Assembly: GCA_963663405.2 (NCBI GenBank)
Contig: CAXXSM010000118.1
Span: forward strand, 143,496-207,495
Direction: 5' to 3'
DNA: 64,000 bases
From: a bacterium
Lineage (GTDB): Bacteria > Hinthialibacterota > Hinthialibacteria > Hinthialibacterales > Hinthialibacteraceae
The position numbers were made by a program, and so were the translations under genes. Position 1 is the first letter of the stretch, and each line of letters begins with the position of its first letter. Shown here one piece after another: positions 39,768 through 49,417 of the stretch. Under the pieces are notes generated by a model. The model was not told the DNA's origin and made no database searches. It saw only the letters and a program-made list of their open reading frames with translations.

Positions 39768-40408
39768 TGATCGTTCGCGGCCTTTTTAGTCGATTGAGAC
39801 GCATTCTGCGCCGCATTCAATTCGCCGATTTCTCTTTTCGAAAGGTTGGTTTCTCCCAAGCCTAGCAAACTCCGTAATTTAAGCAAGGTCTGATGCAACG
39901 TCGCTTTAACGGTGCCCACCGGAGCGCGAATCACATCCGCAATTTCACGGATTTTCAAGTTCTGGAAATGTCGGAGAACAAAGATGGAGCGCTGCCGGTC
40001 CGTCAATTTTTCCAACGCATTTTTGATTTGGTTTAAATCCTCGGTTTGCTTCGCATATTCATGGGGCGTCACGCCTTTTTCAGGAAGAGACATTAGAATG
40101 ATATTGTCAGACGTCGTTTGCGTTTCGTAATGGCGCCGCTGCCGCAATCGATCGATGCAGGTATTAACAATGACACGGTAAACCCAGCGATCAAGGGCGA
40201 CATCCTTTTTCAGTTTCGGCCCAAAACGCCAGACCTTTAAAAACACTTCCTGGGCCACATCAAGGGCGTCTTCATGTTTGCTCACCATGCGCAACGCGGT
40301 GTAATACACCTGTTGCTGGAAGCGCCGGACGAAAATCTCGAAAACACCGGGATCTTTGTCCCTGATTCCCTGTATTAACTCTTTTTCAGATATCATTGTA
40401 ACTATCAA
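39764..40408 (-). CDS. ECF sigma-70 factor
   Basis: DALDVAQEVFLKVW, WVYRVIVNTCID, LKIREIADVIRAPVGTVKATLH. The start may be ATG 40396. Confidence 0.92.
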   Translation of the reverse strand: MIVTMISEKELIQGIRDKDPGVFEIFVRRFQQQVYYTALRMVSKHEDALDVAQEVFLKVWRFGPKLKKDVALDRWVYRVIVNTCIDRLRQRRHYETQTTSDNIILMSLPEKGVTPHEYAKQTEDLNQIKNALEKLTDRQRSIFVLRHFQNLKIREIADVIRAPVGTVKATLHQTLLKLRSLLGLGETNLSKREIGELNAAQNASQSTKKAANDQ

Positions 40409-40675
40409 CCGTAATAAATAAGGATTCCTTAGAAGCGGCTGAATGTATTCACCTTAATAGTATAACGGAATTTTTTATATCCGTATTCAATATATGGTGA
40501 TTTTCAACCAGCGCTTCATAATCGTTATAGAAAACGGTAACATAAACAGGATGGTTTAGTCCATTTTTTATTAGTTAAATCATTTTTATTCCAGCGAGAT
40601 AAGAAAATAAAGTAGTATGCTCAAAATACTAAATTTAAGAATGATATATTAATTTTATTTCTATGGAGATGACCG

Positions 40676-41722
40676 TTATTTATTTGGCTCAAGGACAGCT
40701 TTGATAAGGCGGGATTCGTGCATGGCTTCGAAACCTTCCTGCCATCGATCTATGGGCAGTTTCATCAAAGTCATTGGGGTTACATCTAAATCACCAGTAG
40801 AAAGCATCGTCAGCACTCGTTCCCACATGTCCCAATTATGGCTGAAAACACCTTGGAGTGAGACGGCTTTATGGACAAGCGGATCGAGTGAGAAATTATA
40901 CGCGCCCGGTCCCCAACCTACTCGTAAAATCTGACCCGCGGGACGGACAATATCAATAGCGTCTTTGAGTGATTTATTGCTTCCCGATGTGTCAATCACC
41001 ACATCGATTCCCGTCCCGTCTCCAATGGAGGCCACGATTCCACGCAGGTTTTCCTCATCGACCACAATCGTCCGGGTCGCTCCAAAGGTAATCCCCATAT
41101 CCAACCGGATTTTGTCGTTTTTCAATCCCGTGAGAAGAATCGGATTTCCCCCGCGAAGTTTTGCGATTTGAGTGCAAATCAAACCGATCGAGCCGCATCC
41201 AAGAACGGCGACGCTTTTCGCAGGCCGGATTCTCGCGGAATGGGCGGCGGCGTGATAGGCGATACAACACGGTTCACACAATGCCGCTTGCAGCATCGGC
41301 AGGTTCTTAGGAACTAGATGCAAACATCGTTCAGGCACATTTACATATTGGGTCATGCCTCCATCAACTCCGCTGCCGAAACCTTTCCGGTGGCGGCATA
41401 GATTATACCGGCCGATCCGGCAAAAGCGGCATTCCCCACAGATAACCGCCGCTGTTTCACTTACAATCCGGTCGCCGGGCGCGAAATTTTTCACTCCTCT
41501 TCCCACGTCTTGTACGATCCCGCTGAATTCGTGCCCCATAATGACGGGAACATTCACAGGCCAGCTATGCTCGTTTAAATACTGGTGCACATCTGTGCCA
41601 CAGATCCCTACTGCGCTCACTTTCACCAACACGTGATCGCGAGTTGGTTTGGGAATGGGAACTTCCCGCAACTCAACCGCCCGTTCCTTCAGCGCATATT
41701 GAACGACCGCCGGCTGCTTCAC
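40676..41722 (-). CDS. Zn-dependent alcohol/polyol dehydrogenase (MDR family)
   Basis: GICGTD, GHEFSG, CGECRFCRIGRYNLC, GCGSIG. AAGGAG RBS. Confidence 0.92.
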   Translation of the reverse strand: MKQPAVVQYALKERAVELREVPIPKPTRDHVLVKVSAVGICGTDVHQYLNEHSWPVNVPVIMGHEFSGIVQDVGRGVKNFAPGDRIVSETAAVICGECRFCRIGRYNLCRHRKGFGSGVDGGMTQYVNVPERCLHLVPKNLPMLQAALCEPCCIAYHAAAHSARIRPAKSVAVLGCGSIGLICTQIAKLRGGNPILLTGLKNDKIRLDMGITFGATRTIVVDEENLRGIVASIGDGTGIDVVIDTSGSNKSLKDAIDIVRPAGQILRVGWGPGAYNFSLDPLVHKAVSLQGVFSHNWDMWERVLTMLSTGDLDVTPMTLMKLPIDRWQEGFEAMHESRLIKAVLEPNK

Positions 41723-42021
41723 AATGTGTCTCCTTCTTTAATCGTTATGATATGGTTCAAGTATTATTTATACATCATTATCCTTCAAGGTTAAGGATTG
41801 ACCCACGTCTCCTTTTTTTCAGGTACAAGGCTATTACAATCTGGGTGGTACCCGATTTATCACAAATATCCGGACAAATGCGCGTAGTAACTTTACACAC
41901 TTCTATAGAATAAACTTGTAATCATAGAGTTCCGCTCTATAATTACAAATATGTTAAACCGCTGTCTTACAGATTCCCTACTTGATTACCTAAAGCAATT
42001 CCCGGCTGTCTGCCTGCTCGA

Positions 42022-42352
42022 TATCCCATAGTTGGAATGAGTTGGGAAGGATATGTCTTAGAGAACCTGTTGCGCGTGGCGCCTGAGCGCATCAAGGCGA
42101 GTTTTTATCGCACCCATACGGGGCGCGTTGAAATCGACTTGGTTCTGGAACTGCCGGGAAACCGCCTTTGGGCCATCGAGATCAAACGTACGACGGCGCC
42201 GAAGATGGAAACGAGGATTTCGGCAGGCCCTTGAGGACATCAAACCGGATCGGACTTTCATCGTCTATGGTGGAAAGGAACGCTACCCAAAGTCTGAGGG
42301 AGTGGAAGTGATTAGCTTATATGATATGGCCCAGGAATTGGCTGGTTATTGA
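42022..42352 (+). pseudogene. 3' remnant of an AAA_14/DUF4143 ATPase gene, also frameshifted
   Basis: PIVGMSWEGYVLENL...FYRT...EIDLVLE...AIEIK in one frame, continuing RGFRQALEDIKP...VISL after a +1 shift near 42208-42211. No N-terminal ATPase domain. Confidence 0.8.
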
Positions 42353-42461
42353 GATTTCCTGGTAGCGACGCTCCTATTGGGCTAAGATGTCTAAGAAGCG
42401 GTTTATTGAAAAAACACATACCAATCCATCTTTGCTGCTAACACCTATTAAACGAAAACTT

Positions 42462-42698
42462 CTATTCAAATCCAAAAACTTTAGCTTCTTCACCAGTCAA
42501 CGGCGCGTCAAAATCATCGGCCAATTCAATTTGACCCGCCATTGCGCCAATGCGGTCGCTTACTTTTTCCTTCCTCTGTGTTGGAACAAGTTTCGCAATA
42601 ACCTCTCCGCTTTCTTCAAACAAAATTTCCTCACCCGCTTTTGCTTTATTGATTAACATGATGATCTTTGTCTGTACTTCCTGAACATCAACATGCAT
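42462..42698 (-). CDS. Phd/YefM-type antitoxin (orphan)
   Basis: LINKAKAGEEILF...VIAKLVP...GAMAGQIELADDFDAPL. AAGGTG RBS. Confidence 0.8.
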   Translation of the reverse strand: MHVDVQEVQTKIIMLINKAKAGEEILFEESGEVIAKLVPTQRKEKVSDRIGAMAGQIELADDFDAPLTGEEAKVFGFE

Positions 42699-42934
42699 GA
42701 TTTTTCACCTTATTCCTGTCTTCTCTATATTATGATAGAAATCTTTAATTTCACAATGAAAAAGTGTTCCATGTATCTTCATTGTTAATCTTGGTACAAT
42801 CCTGAATCGTTCTTCTCCCCCGAAGCCACTTAGATCAAATCAGTCATCATTCAACCGATTATTCAAAAGGAAAAACCTTTTTGATTTGAAGGTCTCCCTA
42901 TACGTGTAGGCGCTGGGTCATGATATACTTACAA

Positions 42935-43307
42935 CTCAATGATGGAGATCTGTTCCCGGTGGGTCGGTAAAGCGTGACCCACCCTACGTTTCTGATGTTA
43001 CGCAACTTCATTGATTGAGATTTTTTGTCTGAATCCGGATAGCCAGGACAACCAGGATAGACAGGATAGGTATTATCAGAGTGATATTGATCATCGAATA
43101 GTAAAATTCGTATTCAAAGTTTTTTATCCTGGTTATCCTTTTCATCTTGGGTATCCAGATTCAGACAAAAGCGGATTCAGAGAAGAACTTCAATCTATTG
43201 GTTTGCGTAACATCAGTGATTAAGATTTGTTCCTACGTTTCTCAATGATGAAGATCTCATTCTGGTGGGTCGATAAAGCGTGACCCACCCTGCGTTTCTC
43301 AATGATG
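42935..43307. repeat. Two ~57-bp direct-repeat units with a GTAG-type REP-like palindrome
   Basis: CTCAATGATG(G/A)AGATCT...GGTGGGTCG(G/A)TAAAGCGTGACCCACCCT(A/G)CGTTTCT at about 42935-42993 and 43241-43299. Confidence 0.8.
42992..43216. mobile_element. Nested non-autonomous inverted-repeat (MITE-like) elements
   Basis: Outer perfect 14-bp IR CTGATGTTACGCAA/TTGCGTAACATCAG. Inner IR TTTTGTCTGAATC(C/T)GGATA with CAGGAT sub-repeats (43023-43170). Confidence 0.6.
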
Positions 43308-43377
43308 ATGATTGGGAAGTCCATATAAACAAGATAGAAAATGAAATTTCTATTCAAATCACTTAAATGAAAGAATT

Positions 43378-44484
43378 ATGAACGATCAAAAAAAATATAC
43401 GGAAATGACGGTTGGGCTGGGAGAGCGGAGTTATCCGATACTCGCCGGTCCAAATTTGTTGGATTTAATTGGGGAACATGCGAAAGAGATGGGATTACTT
43501 TCTCCCATTGCAATAATTACGGATAGCAATGTTAAATCGCTCTATGCGGAGCGAGTTCTTCAATCGCTTGAAAATTCTGGTTTTACGGCGCGTATTCTCG
43601 ATTTTCCAGCAGGGGAGTCTTCAAAACATTTACAGACCGTATCTGCGCTTTACGATGGAATGGTTTCCTTAGGTCCGGAACGAAAAAGCGGTGTTATCGC
43701 GCTGGGGGGTGGCGTGCCGGGTGATATCGCCGGTTTTGTGGCCGCGACCTACCTGCGTGGAATGCGGTTCATCCAAGTTCCAACGACGCTTCTCGCCCAA
43801 GTTGATTCCGCCGTGGGGGGAAAAGTCGGCGTCGATCACGCAGGGGGGAAAAATCTGATCGGCGCGTTTCATCAACCCTGCCGTGTGACGATCGACACAC
43901 GGACGCTCCAAACGTTGGACCGGCGTCAGATCAAGGCGGGTTTGGCGGAGATTATCAAGCATGGCGTAATCGCCGACGAGGCGCTGTTCCAGCGTATCTG
44001 TGATATACTCGATCGTCTTCTGGCGGTGGATGACGCGATTTATCAGGAAATCATCCCCTGGAATTGCCGGATCAAAGCCAACGTGGTCGAACAAGATGAA
44101 AAAGAGAGCGGATTGCGGGCGATTCTCAATTTCGGCCATACTATCGGTCATGCGCTGGAAACGTTGACGGGATACGAACACTATCTGCATGGAGAAGCGG
44201 TGGCGATTGGGATGTTGGTGGAAGCGCAGTTGGGAGAACGGCTTGGAATAACGCCTCTGGCCGTGGTGGAAGCGCTTGCTTCCCTGCTCCGAAAAGCCGA
44301 TTATCCTTTAGAAAAACCGGATATAAGCGCGGACCGGCTGTTGGATTCCATGTTCCGTGACAAAAAGGTCGAACGCGGACGGCTCCGGTTTATCTTCCCT
44401 GCGAAAATGGGAGATGTTACGATTCAAGACGTTGAAGATCTAGACTTGATTCGAGACACTTGGGATCAGTACATGCAACCTTGA
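43378..44484 (+). CDS. aroB: 3-dehydroquinate synthase
   Basis: GESSK, ALGGGVPGDIAGF, PTTLLAQVDSAVGGK, KNLIGAFHQP, LNFGHTIGHALE, HGEAVAIG, DKK. Confidence 0.96.
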   Translation: MNDQKKYTEMTVGLGERSYPILAGPNLLDLIGEHAKEMGLLSPIAIITDSNVKSLYAERVLQSLENSGFTARILDFPAGESSKHLQTVSALYDGMVSLGPERKSGVIALGGGVPGDIAGFVAATYLRGMRFIQVPTTLLAQVDSAVGGKVGVDHAGGKNLIGAFHQPCRVTIDTRTLQTLDRRQIKAGLAEIIKHGVIADEALFQRICDILDRLLAVDDAIYQEIIPWNCRIKANVVEQDEKESGLRAILNFGHTIGHALETLTGYEHYLHGEAVAIGMLVEAQLGERLGITPLAVVEALASLLRKADYPLEKPDISADRLLDSMFRDKKVERGRLRFIFPAKMGDVTIQDVEDLDLIRDTWDQYMQP

Positions 44485-44565
44485 ATTTAAAATAATAAGG
44501 GAAAGTAAGATAGTAAGAAATCGAGAATGTACAGACATTGTTCTTTATGCATCTTTTTGGTGTGG

Positions 44566-44611
44566 CAGGTAATTAAGCAAGGGCAGAAAAAAGCCTTGCC
44601 CTTGCCACCCA
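44566..44611. repeat. Palindromic intergenic repeat, copy 1
   Basis: CAGGTAATTAAGCAAGGGCA-gaaaaaagcct-TGCCCTTGCCACCCA. A near-identical copy lies at 46657-46702. Confidence 0.75.
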
Positions 44612-44711
44612 CCGTTTGGTGTCAATCCTGAATCCGTACAACATAGGACAAACGAACGGAAAAAGAAAAAACCTGAAAATTCAGTTGACAGAAAGGATGG
44701 TCTCGGCTGTA

Positions 44712-45128
44712 ATGAATAAAGGAATCGGAGAGAAACATCATTTGATGTTTCCACAACTGATGGTTTATGCAGTAACTCTTGTCTTTCTTTTTTTGGTTGA
44801 GGGATGCTATACGACGGTAGTGCGCGTTGAGACCACGCCTCCTGGGGCGGCCGTCCATTATGATTTTGAACCCCAAGGCGTCACGCCAGCGGAGTTTAAT
44901 GTCGATTGGTATGGTAAACATAAAGTGACTCTGGATCATCCGGAGCTTGGTCGGCGCGTGGAATATGTGGATTTAAGGGCGCCAGCGTACATGTGGTTCC
45001 CCCTGGATTTTTTCGTCGCGATCCTCCCCTTCAAAATCACCGATCGGCAAGAGTTCTCATTCGATCTGACGGAAACGCCAGAATCAAGCGTAAAGGATGA
45101 GAACGATGAGGAAAAAGACTCGCAGTAG
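44712..45128 (+). CDS. PEGA-domain lipoprotein
   Basis: Lipobox-like LVEG-C, then VETTPPGAAVHYD...GVTP...YGKHKVTL. Start uncertain (44697-44745). Confidence 0.7.
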   Translation: MNKGIGEKHHLMFPQLMVYAVTLVFLFLVEGCYTTVVRVETTPPGAAVHYDFEPQGVTPAEFNVDWYGKHKVTLDHPELGRRVEYVDLRAPAYMWFPLDFFVAILPFKITDRQEFSFDLTETPESSVKDENDEEKDSQ

Positions 45129-45516
45129 CGGCGGCGGTTATGAACCGACAGGCGGCGGCAATGTGTTATTCACATTGGGATTAATCAGCGTGGTAGTGCT
45201 GTTGGTCGTCGGGTTTGTGATGACCCAAGGCAACCTAGGAACCCTAGCGGCGCGAGGTAATAATAATACCTATCGGATCGCGATTGATCCCACGCCCAAA
45301 CCAGTCACTCAAAACACAAGTATTATTTCGAAGCCTGATTCCAGTTCCATAACCGTTACAGCGCTGCAAGAGGAACTGAAACTGGAACGCCAGAAACGGA
45401 TCGAAGCGGAGCAAAAGGCGGCTCAATTGCAAAAGAATTTCGACGCTCAGATTAATAATATGCAAATCAAACTCCTCAATTTGGAGGATGAACTTAAACG
45501 GCTGCGGGAGAAGTAG
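45097..45516 (+). CDS. Membrane-anchored coiled-coil protein
   Basis: Single TM followed by heptad-rich LQEELKLERQKRIEAEQKA...LEDELKRLREK. Confidence 0.7.
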   Translation: MRTMRKKTRSSGGGYEPTGGGNVLFTLGLISVVVLLVVGFVMTQGNLGTLAARGNNNTYRIAIDPTPKPVTQNTSIISKPDSSSITVTALQEELKLERQKRIEAEQKAAQLQKNFDAQINNMQIKLLNLEDELKRLREK

Positions 45517-45518
45517 GC

Positions 45519-46544
45519 ATGGCCTACGCTTTTGGAGTAGATGGCGGCGCGTCAAAAAGCCGGGCGGTTCTGATTAGTGAGAACGGACAAGTCGTCCATC
45601 TCGCGAAAGGGCCCGGTGTCAATTATCACGAAATCGGCGCGAGCAAAGTATCCGGCACAATCGCCCGTCTCTATCAAGAATGCGTTGAAGGAGCCCGCGC
45701 TCGCAGCGAAGAATGCCGGAGCGTATGTCTTGGACTCGCCGGAGTAGGCCGCAACGCGGACCGGGAAATCCTTAAACCTCTCTTTGACGAACAATTTGGT
45801 AAAGAATGTTATCTCCTCACGAGCGACGCGGATATCTCCCTGCTGAGCGGTTCGTTATCCGATAGTGGGATTATTGTCCTCGGTGGAACGGGATCGATGC
45901 TCTTCGGGCGCAATGAAAGCCAGCGGGAAGCGCGGATCGGCGGTCATGGGCCTCTGTTGAGCGATGGTGGAAGCGGGTACCGCATCGCGCTGCAAGCGCT
46001 TCGCGCGATCACCGCCGCGCACGATGGGATCGGATTTAAAACCTCCTTGCAAGATGTGATTCTTGAATATCTAAAACTGAAATCGATCGAAGAATTGGTC
46101 AGTTGGATCTATACTCCCACCGCCACACGGGAACGGATCGCGTCAATCGCCTCGATCGTGATTCAAGCCGCGGATAATGAAGATCCCATCGCCGACGCGA
46201 TTCTGAATGACGAAGCGGACTCTCTTGCGATCGGTGTAGAGACGCTGCACAAAAAATTGGGATTATCCAGCGGCGTGGATGTTGTGTTAAGCGGTGGATT
46301 GTTCAGCGGCGCCTCTTGTTACAATCGAATTTTGAAGCAGAAAATCCGCTATCTGCTGCCCGGCGTGAACGTAATACCACCCAAACTCGATCCTGTGCTT
46401 GGCGCTGGATTGTATGCGATGAATCAGATGGGCGTCGCAATTGACAACGATGTGATCGACACGATCCGGAATTCTTACCGGGAATTTCTGAAAACTCAAT
46501 CTTACCCCGCCATCGTTTTGGAAGAAGATTCTACTGAAAAGTAA
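45519..46544 (+). CDS. BadF/BadG/BcrA/BcrD-type N-acetylglucosamine/MurNAc kinase-like protein
   Basis: GVDGGASKS, GLAGVG, SDA, GGTGS, GGHGPLLSDGGSGYRIA, LSGGLF. Confidence 0.88.
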   Translation: MAYAFGVDGGASKSRAVLISENGQVVHLAKGPGVNYHEIGASKVSGTIARLYQECVEGARARSEECRSVCLGLAGVGRNADREILKPLFDEQFGKECYLLTSDADISLLSGSLSDSGIIVLGGTGSMLFGRNESQREARIGGHGPLLSDGGSGYRIALQALRAITAAHDGIGFKTSLQDVILEYLKLKSIEELVSWIYTPTATRERIASIASIVIQAADNEDPIADAILNDEADSLAIGVETLHKKLGLSSGVDVVLSGGLFSGASCYNRILKQKIRYLLPGVNVIPPKLDPVLGAGLYAMNQMGVAIDNDVIDTIRNSYREFLKTQSYPAIVLEEDSTEK

Positions 46545-46656
46545 TTCCGGTTAATCCGGAAAGTAAGTACTCGTTACGTTCTCTCATTAATGATCGATTA
46601 CACCGGTTGTTAATAAATTTAGATGAATATGGTTTAACGTGCCGTTCGAATGTTGA

Positions 46657-46702
46657 CAGGTATTATGCAAGGGCAGATGAAAAACCTTGCCCTTGCCACC
46701 CA
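46657..46702. repeat. Palindromic intergenic repeat, copy 2
   Basis: CAGGTATTATGCAAGGGCA-gatgaaaaacct-TGCCCTTGCCACCCA. Confidence 0.75.
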
Positions 46703-46780
46703 TGCTGATTAATATGCGTTAGAAAGTGTATTGTCTATTGACATGTACTCACTTACTGGATCGAACCAAAAGTACTATAT

Positions 46781-49378
46781 TTATCGAAAACCGTAGTAAA
46801 GATTATCTCCCTGTTTCACGAGAAGACATGTCTTTTTACTTTCTACGTTTGGGTAATAATGCTGCGCGAGGAAATCGGGCCCAGTGGCGACAAAGCCCAT
46901 TGGGGGAAGCAGCGTTTGCCCGAAGAGATAATCCTCCGGCCCATAGTTTACTATGACAGACCAATCCTGGCCGAATTTCGATCGCTCGACGGAACAATCG
47001 TCTTTTAAATATTGGTGATCCGTCATCGATTGATCCGCGACGCCTTCGGCGAAGGGGGAAAGAAACGAGTATGTGTTTTTAATGAAACGTTCGCGTGGAT
47101 GTCTATTTTCTCCCCATCCCCCTTCGCCTCGCACAAAACAAAAATCTGGGTTGGATAGATCCGGTTCCTCGATATCCTTCTCCCAGTAGCGATGCGGTTC
47201 AATGTAGTAGAGAGGCATGGCGCCCCGCGCTAGATGCCGGAGGATCAAACGGGCGTCTCCAAGATTGGCCCGGTCACTTTGATGAGTGAACGCGACCACG
47301 CAGTCATGATAGACCAGTGAAAATAATGGAATGGGGATTGTCCCCGGCTCCTGGGATTCGGCCAAACGGTAGTAAAACTCCCTGCTCATGATCCCTTCGA
47401 AATAATGCGCGGAAGGGACGCCGAATTCCACACCGAGTTCTGAACCAAACACCCCGAATAGGTCCGCCGCGTATTGGCTCAGATTTTCTTTATAGAGCAT
47501 ATCGTCTTCCAATGCGAGGGGATTCGCAGGATCGTAAGACTGATATAAAGGAGCGGCGAACGTCGTATCGATAAAGTACGCGTTGGGGGAATAGCGTTCC
47601 ATGACTTGCGGAAGATTACGCTTTGCCAATTCGAGACCATGATTGGACGCGATCAACCACGCCTGTCCCCCTGCCCAGACGCCGCCTTTCCGGCGGCTTC
47701 CATCGGGATTCATCATCAGGATGAATTCATTCCATGATGGAGCGTCCTCATAGAGATCCTGGTAATTATCATGAAGGCCAAACAAATAATCATACGACCG
47801 GGCCAGTCTGGATATGCGTTGTACCCCTTCATCCCCTCCAATTTCAGGGGCGGCGGGAAAGATATCAGGATGCTGGTTGTCGTAACCCCGGTAAATCCAA
47901 CCAGCAAGTACAAATAAGGCTTTGGGAATCTCCAAGACATTATGGAGCCGCCGCAGCAAAGCGAGACAATCCTCTTCCGTGTAATCACTGCGGACGGTCT
48001 CGTTTAATTCGCCATCTTCACTTTTCCTCATCCACCGTATACAGACGAATGGTTTGAACTCCGCTGCGCCGAAAAGTTTTTTGACTTCTGGATTCCGGCG
48101 CAGTTTCTGTTTCAAGGTGACAAGGTTTTTTTGTTTCTTCGCCTGTTCGCGGTATGCCTTCGCGAGTTTGACATAGGAGGCGCTGCGGATACATTCCAGC
48201 CGGAACGACCGCGCATTTTTGGAGCCGAGTAGGCCGATTGAGACTTCTTGACTTCCGGGCCATGAAGGACCGGGATTCACACGGGAACGAACATTTAGAG
48301 TTGTCCCTACATCATCCCATGTTAGCAGCGCCGCGTCTTTTTGACGTAGAATTCCCGCCATTCGCATGTTGGCGCCATTTACACCGCTGTATGTTTGATA
48401 CCCTTTCAACATTTCATAGCCGCTGTCCGCTTTGAAATAGAGACCCAACAGCCGGGGAATTACGGCTCCGCCTCCCAGTGAGTCTGTTGTCCATAGGAAT
48501 GAATCGAATTCTATTCGCTCCAGTTTCCATTCTCCAAGCGGTTTCCATGACACCATCAACGCAGGATGATTGCCTTCTAACTCGATGCGGAATTCGAGAA
48601 GAGGAGCGCCTTCATATATTTTTTGTAAGACGCATTGCTGCTTTTTTTGTTTGATTACAGTCAATTGAGATAGTGGAATCCGAACACGACGATTTCCTTT
48701 TTCTGCGGTTACTATACCGAATTCTCTTCGATCGGGCGCGCTATACCACGCCCGGTTGGTTTCTTTATCTTTTAAGAGAAACAGTCCGGTTATGGGATTG
48801 AAATCGAAGAGGAGATTTCGATTTTCAAGTTGGATTGTTTCACCTTGAAAAATCCTTTGTATCAAACGGCTTTCACGGGCCGTGGATTCTTCTGGCGCAA
48901 TCGCTTGCAGGGGAAGCGGTTTAAGCGGTGGCGCATCTTTTTTTACAGCGACTTTTTCGGGTAGATAAACATCTAAGCTCCGCTCGCTTGTCGAAGGATT
49001 CCACAAACCGATATGGATGAAATACTCTCCTTCCGGTGTGTTCTTTGGAACATGCGCGTAATACGTCCCATGCTCGATGGGAGCGCCGGTTTCCCAATAA
49101 GTTGTCGGTGTGACTGGATAGCGGTCGAATTGCCATTGGATAGTCGAACATTTCTTTTCGCGTTCGAAATGGATAAAACAGCTTTCTGATGAAGCGGATG
49201 GGATCGCGCCGTTGTTGGTGAAAGTTAAACGGATGACAACCGATCCACCCGGCGCGACGGTTTTTGACGGTAATGAATACGATTCAAGAGTGGGTTGAAA
49301 GCGATTCTCCGCCGACTCGGTCAAGGTCCCGACAGAGAGAAAAATAATAAAACAAGTACACAATATGCTTTTTCGCAT
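46781..49378 (-). CDS. Secreted glycoside-hydrolase-like protein (DUF5696/GH129-like)
   Basis: Signal peptide, Ig-like N-domain (GEYFIHIGLWNP), GWIYRGYDNQHPD, LHDNYQD, YFIDTTFA, GSE, IPLFSLVYHD. Confidence 0.7.
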   Translation of the reverse strand: MRKSILCTCFIIFLSVGTLTESAENRFQPTLESYSLPSKTVAPGGSVVIRLTFTNNGAIPSASSESCFIHFEREKKCSTIQWQFDRYPVTPTTYWETGAPIEHGTYYAHVPKNTPEGEYFIHIGLWNPSTSERSLDVYLPEKVAVKKDAPPLKPLPLQAIAPEESTARESRLIQRIFQGETIQLENRNLLFDFNPITGLFLLKDKETNRAWYSAPDRREFGIVTAEKGNRRVRIPLSQLTVIKQKKQQCVLQKIYEGAPLLEFRIELEGNHPALMVSWKPLGEWKLERIEFDSFLWTTDSLGGGAVIPRLLGLYFKADSGYEMLKGYQTYSGVNGANMRMAGILRQKDAALLTWDDVGTTLNVRSRVNPGPSWPGSQEVSIGLLGSKNARSFRLECIRSASYVKLAKAYREQAKKQKNLVTLKQKLRRNPEVKKLFGAAEFKPFVCIRWMRKSEDGELNETVRSDYTEEDCLALLRRLHNVLEIPKALFVLAGWIYRGYDNQHPDIFPAAPEIGGDEGVQRISRLARSYDYLFGLHDNYQDLYEDAPSWNEFILMMNPDGSRRKGGVWAGGQAWLIASNHGLELAKRNLPQVMERYSPNAYFIDTTFAAPLYQSYDPANPLALEDDMLYKENLSQYAADLFGVFGSELGVEFGVPSAHYFEGIMSREFYYRLAESQEPGTIPIPLFSLVYHDCVVAFTHQSDRANLGDARLILRHLARGAMPLYYIEPHRYWEKDIEEPDLSNPDFCFVRGEGGWGENRHPRERFIKNTYSFLSPFAEGVADQSMTDHQYLKDDCSVERSKFGQDWSVIVNYGPEDYLFGQTLLPPMGFVATGPDFLAQHYYPNVESKKTCLLVKQGDNLYYGFR

Positions 49379-49417
49379 TGCACGCTCCTCAAGTTTACGT
49401 TTAGAAGAATTATTCTT

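Noticed and set aside
43011-43223. 70-aa ORF with QD/PG repeats
   Set aside because: A translation artefact of the CAGGAT inverted-repeat element.
42935-43307. CRISPR array
   Set aside because: Only two full ~57-bp units, no unique equal-length spacers and no cas genes. The palindrome is REP-like.
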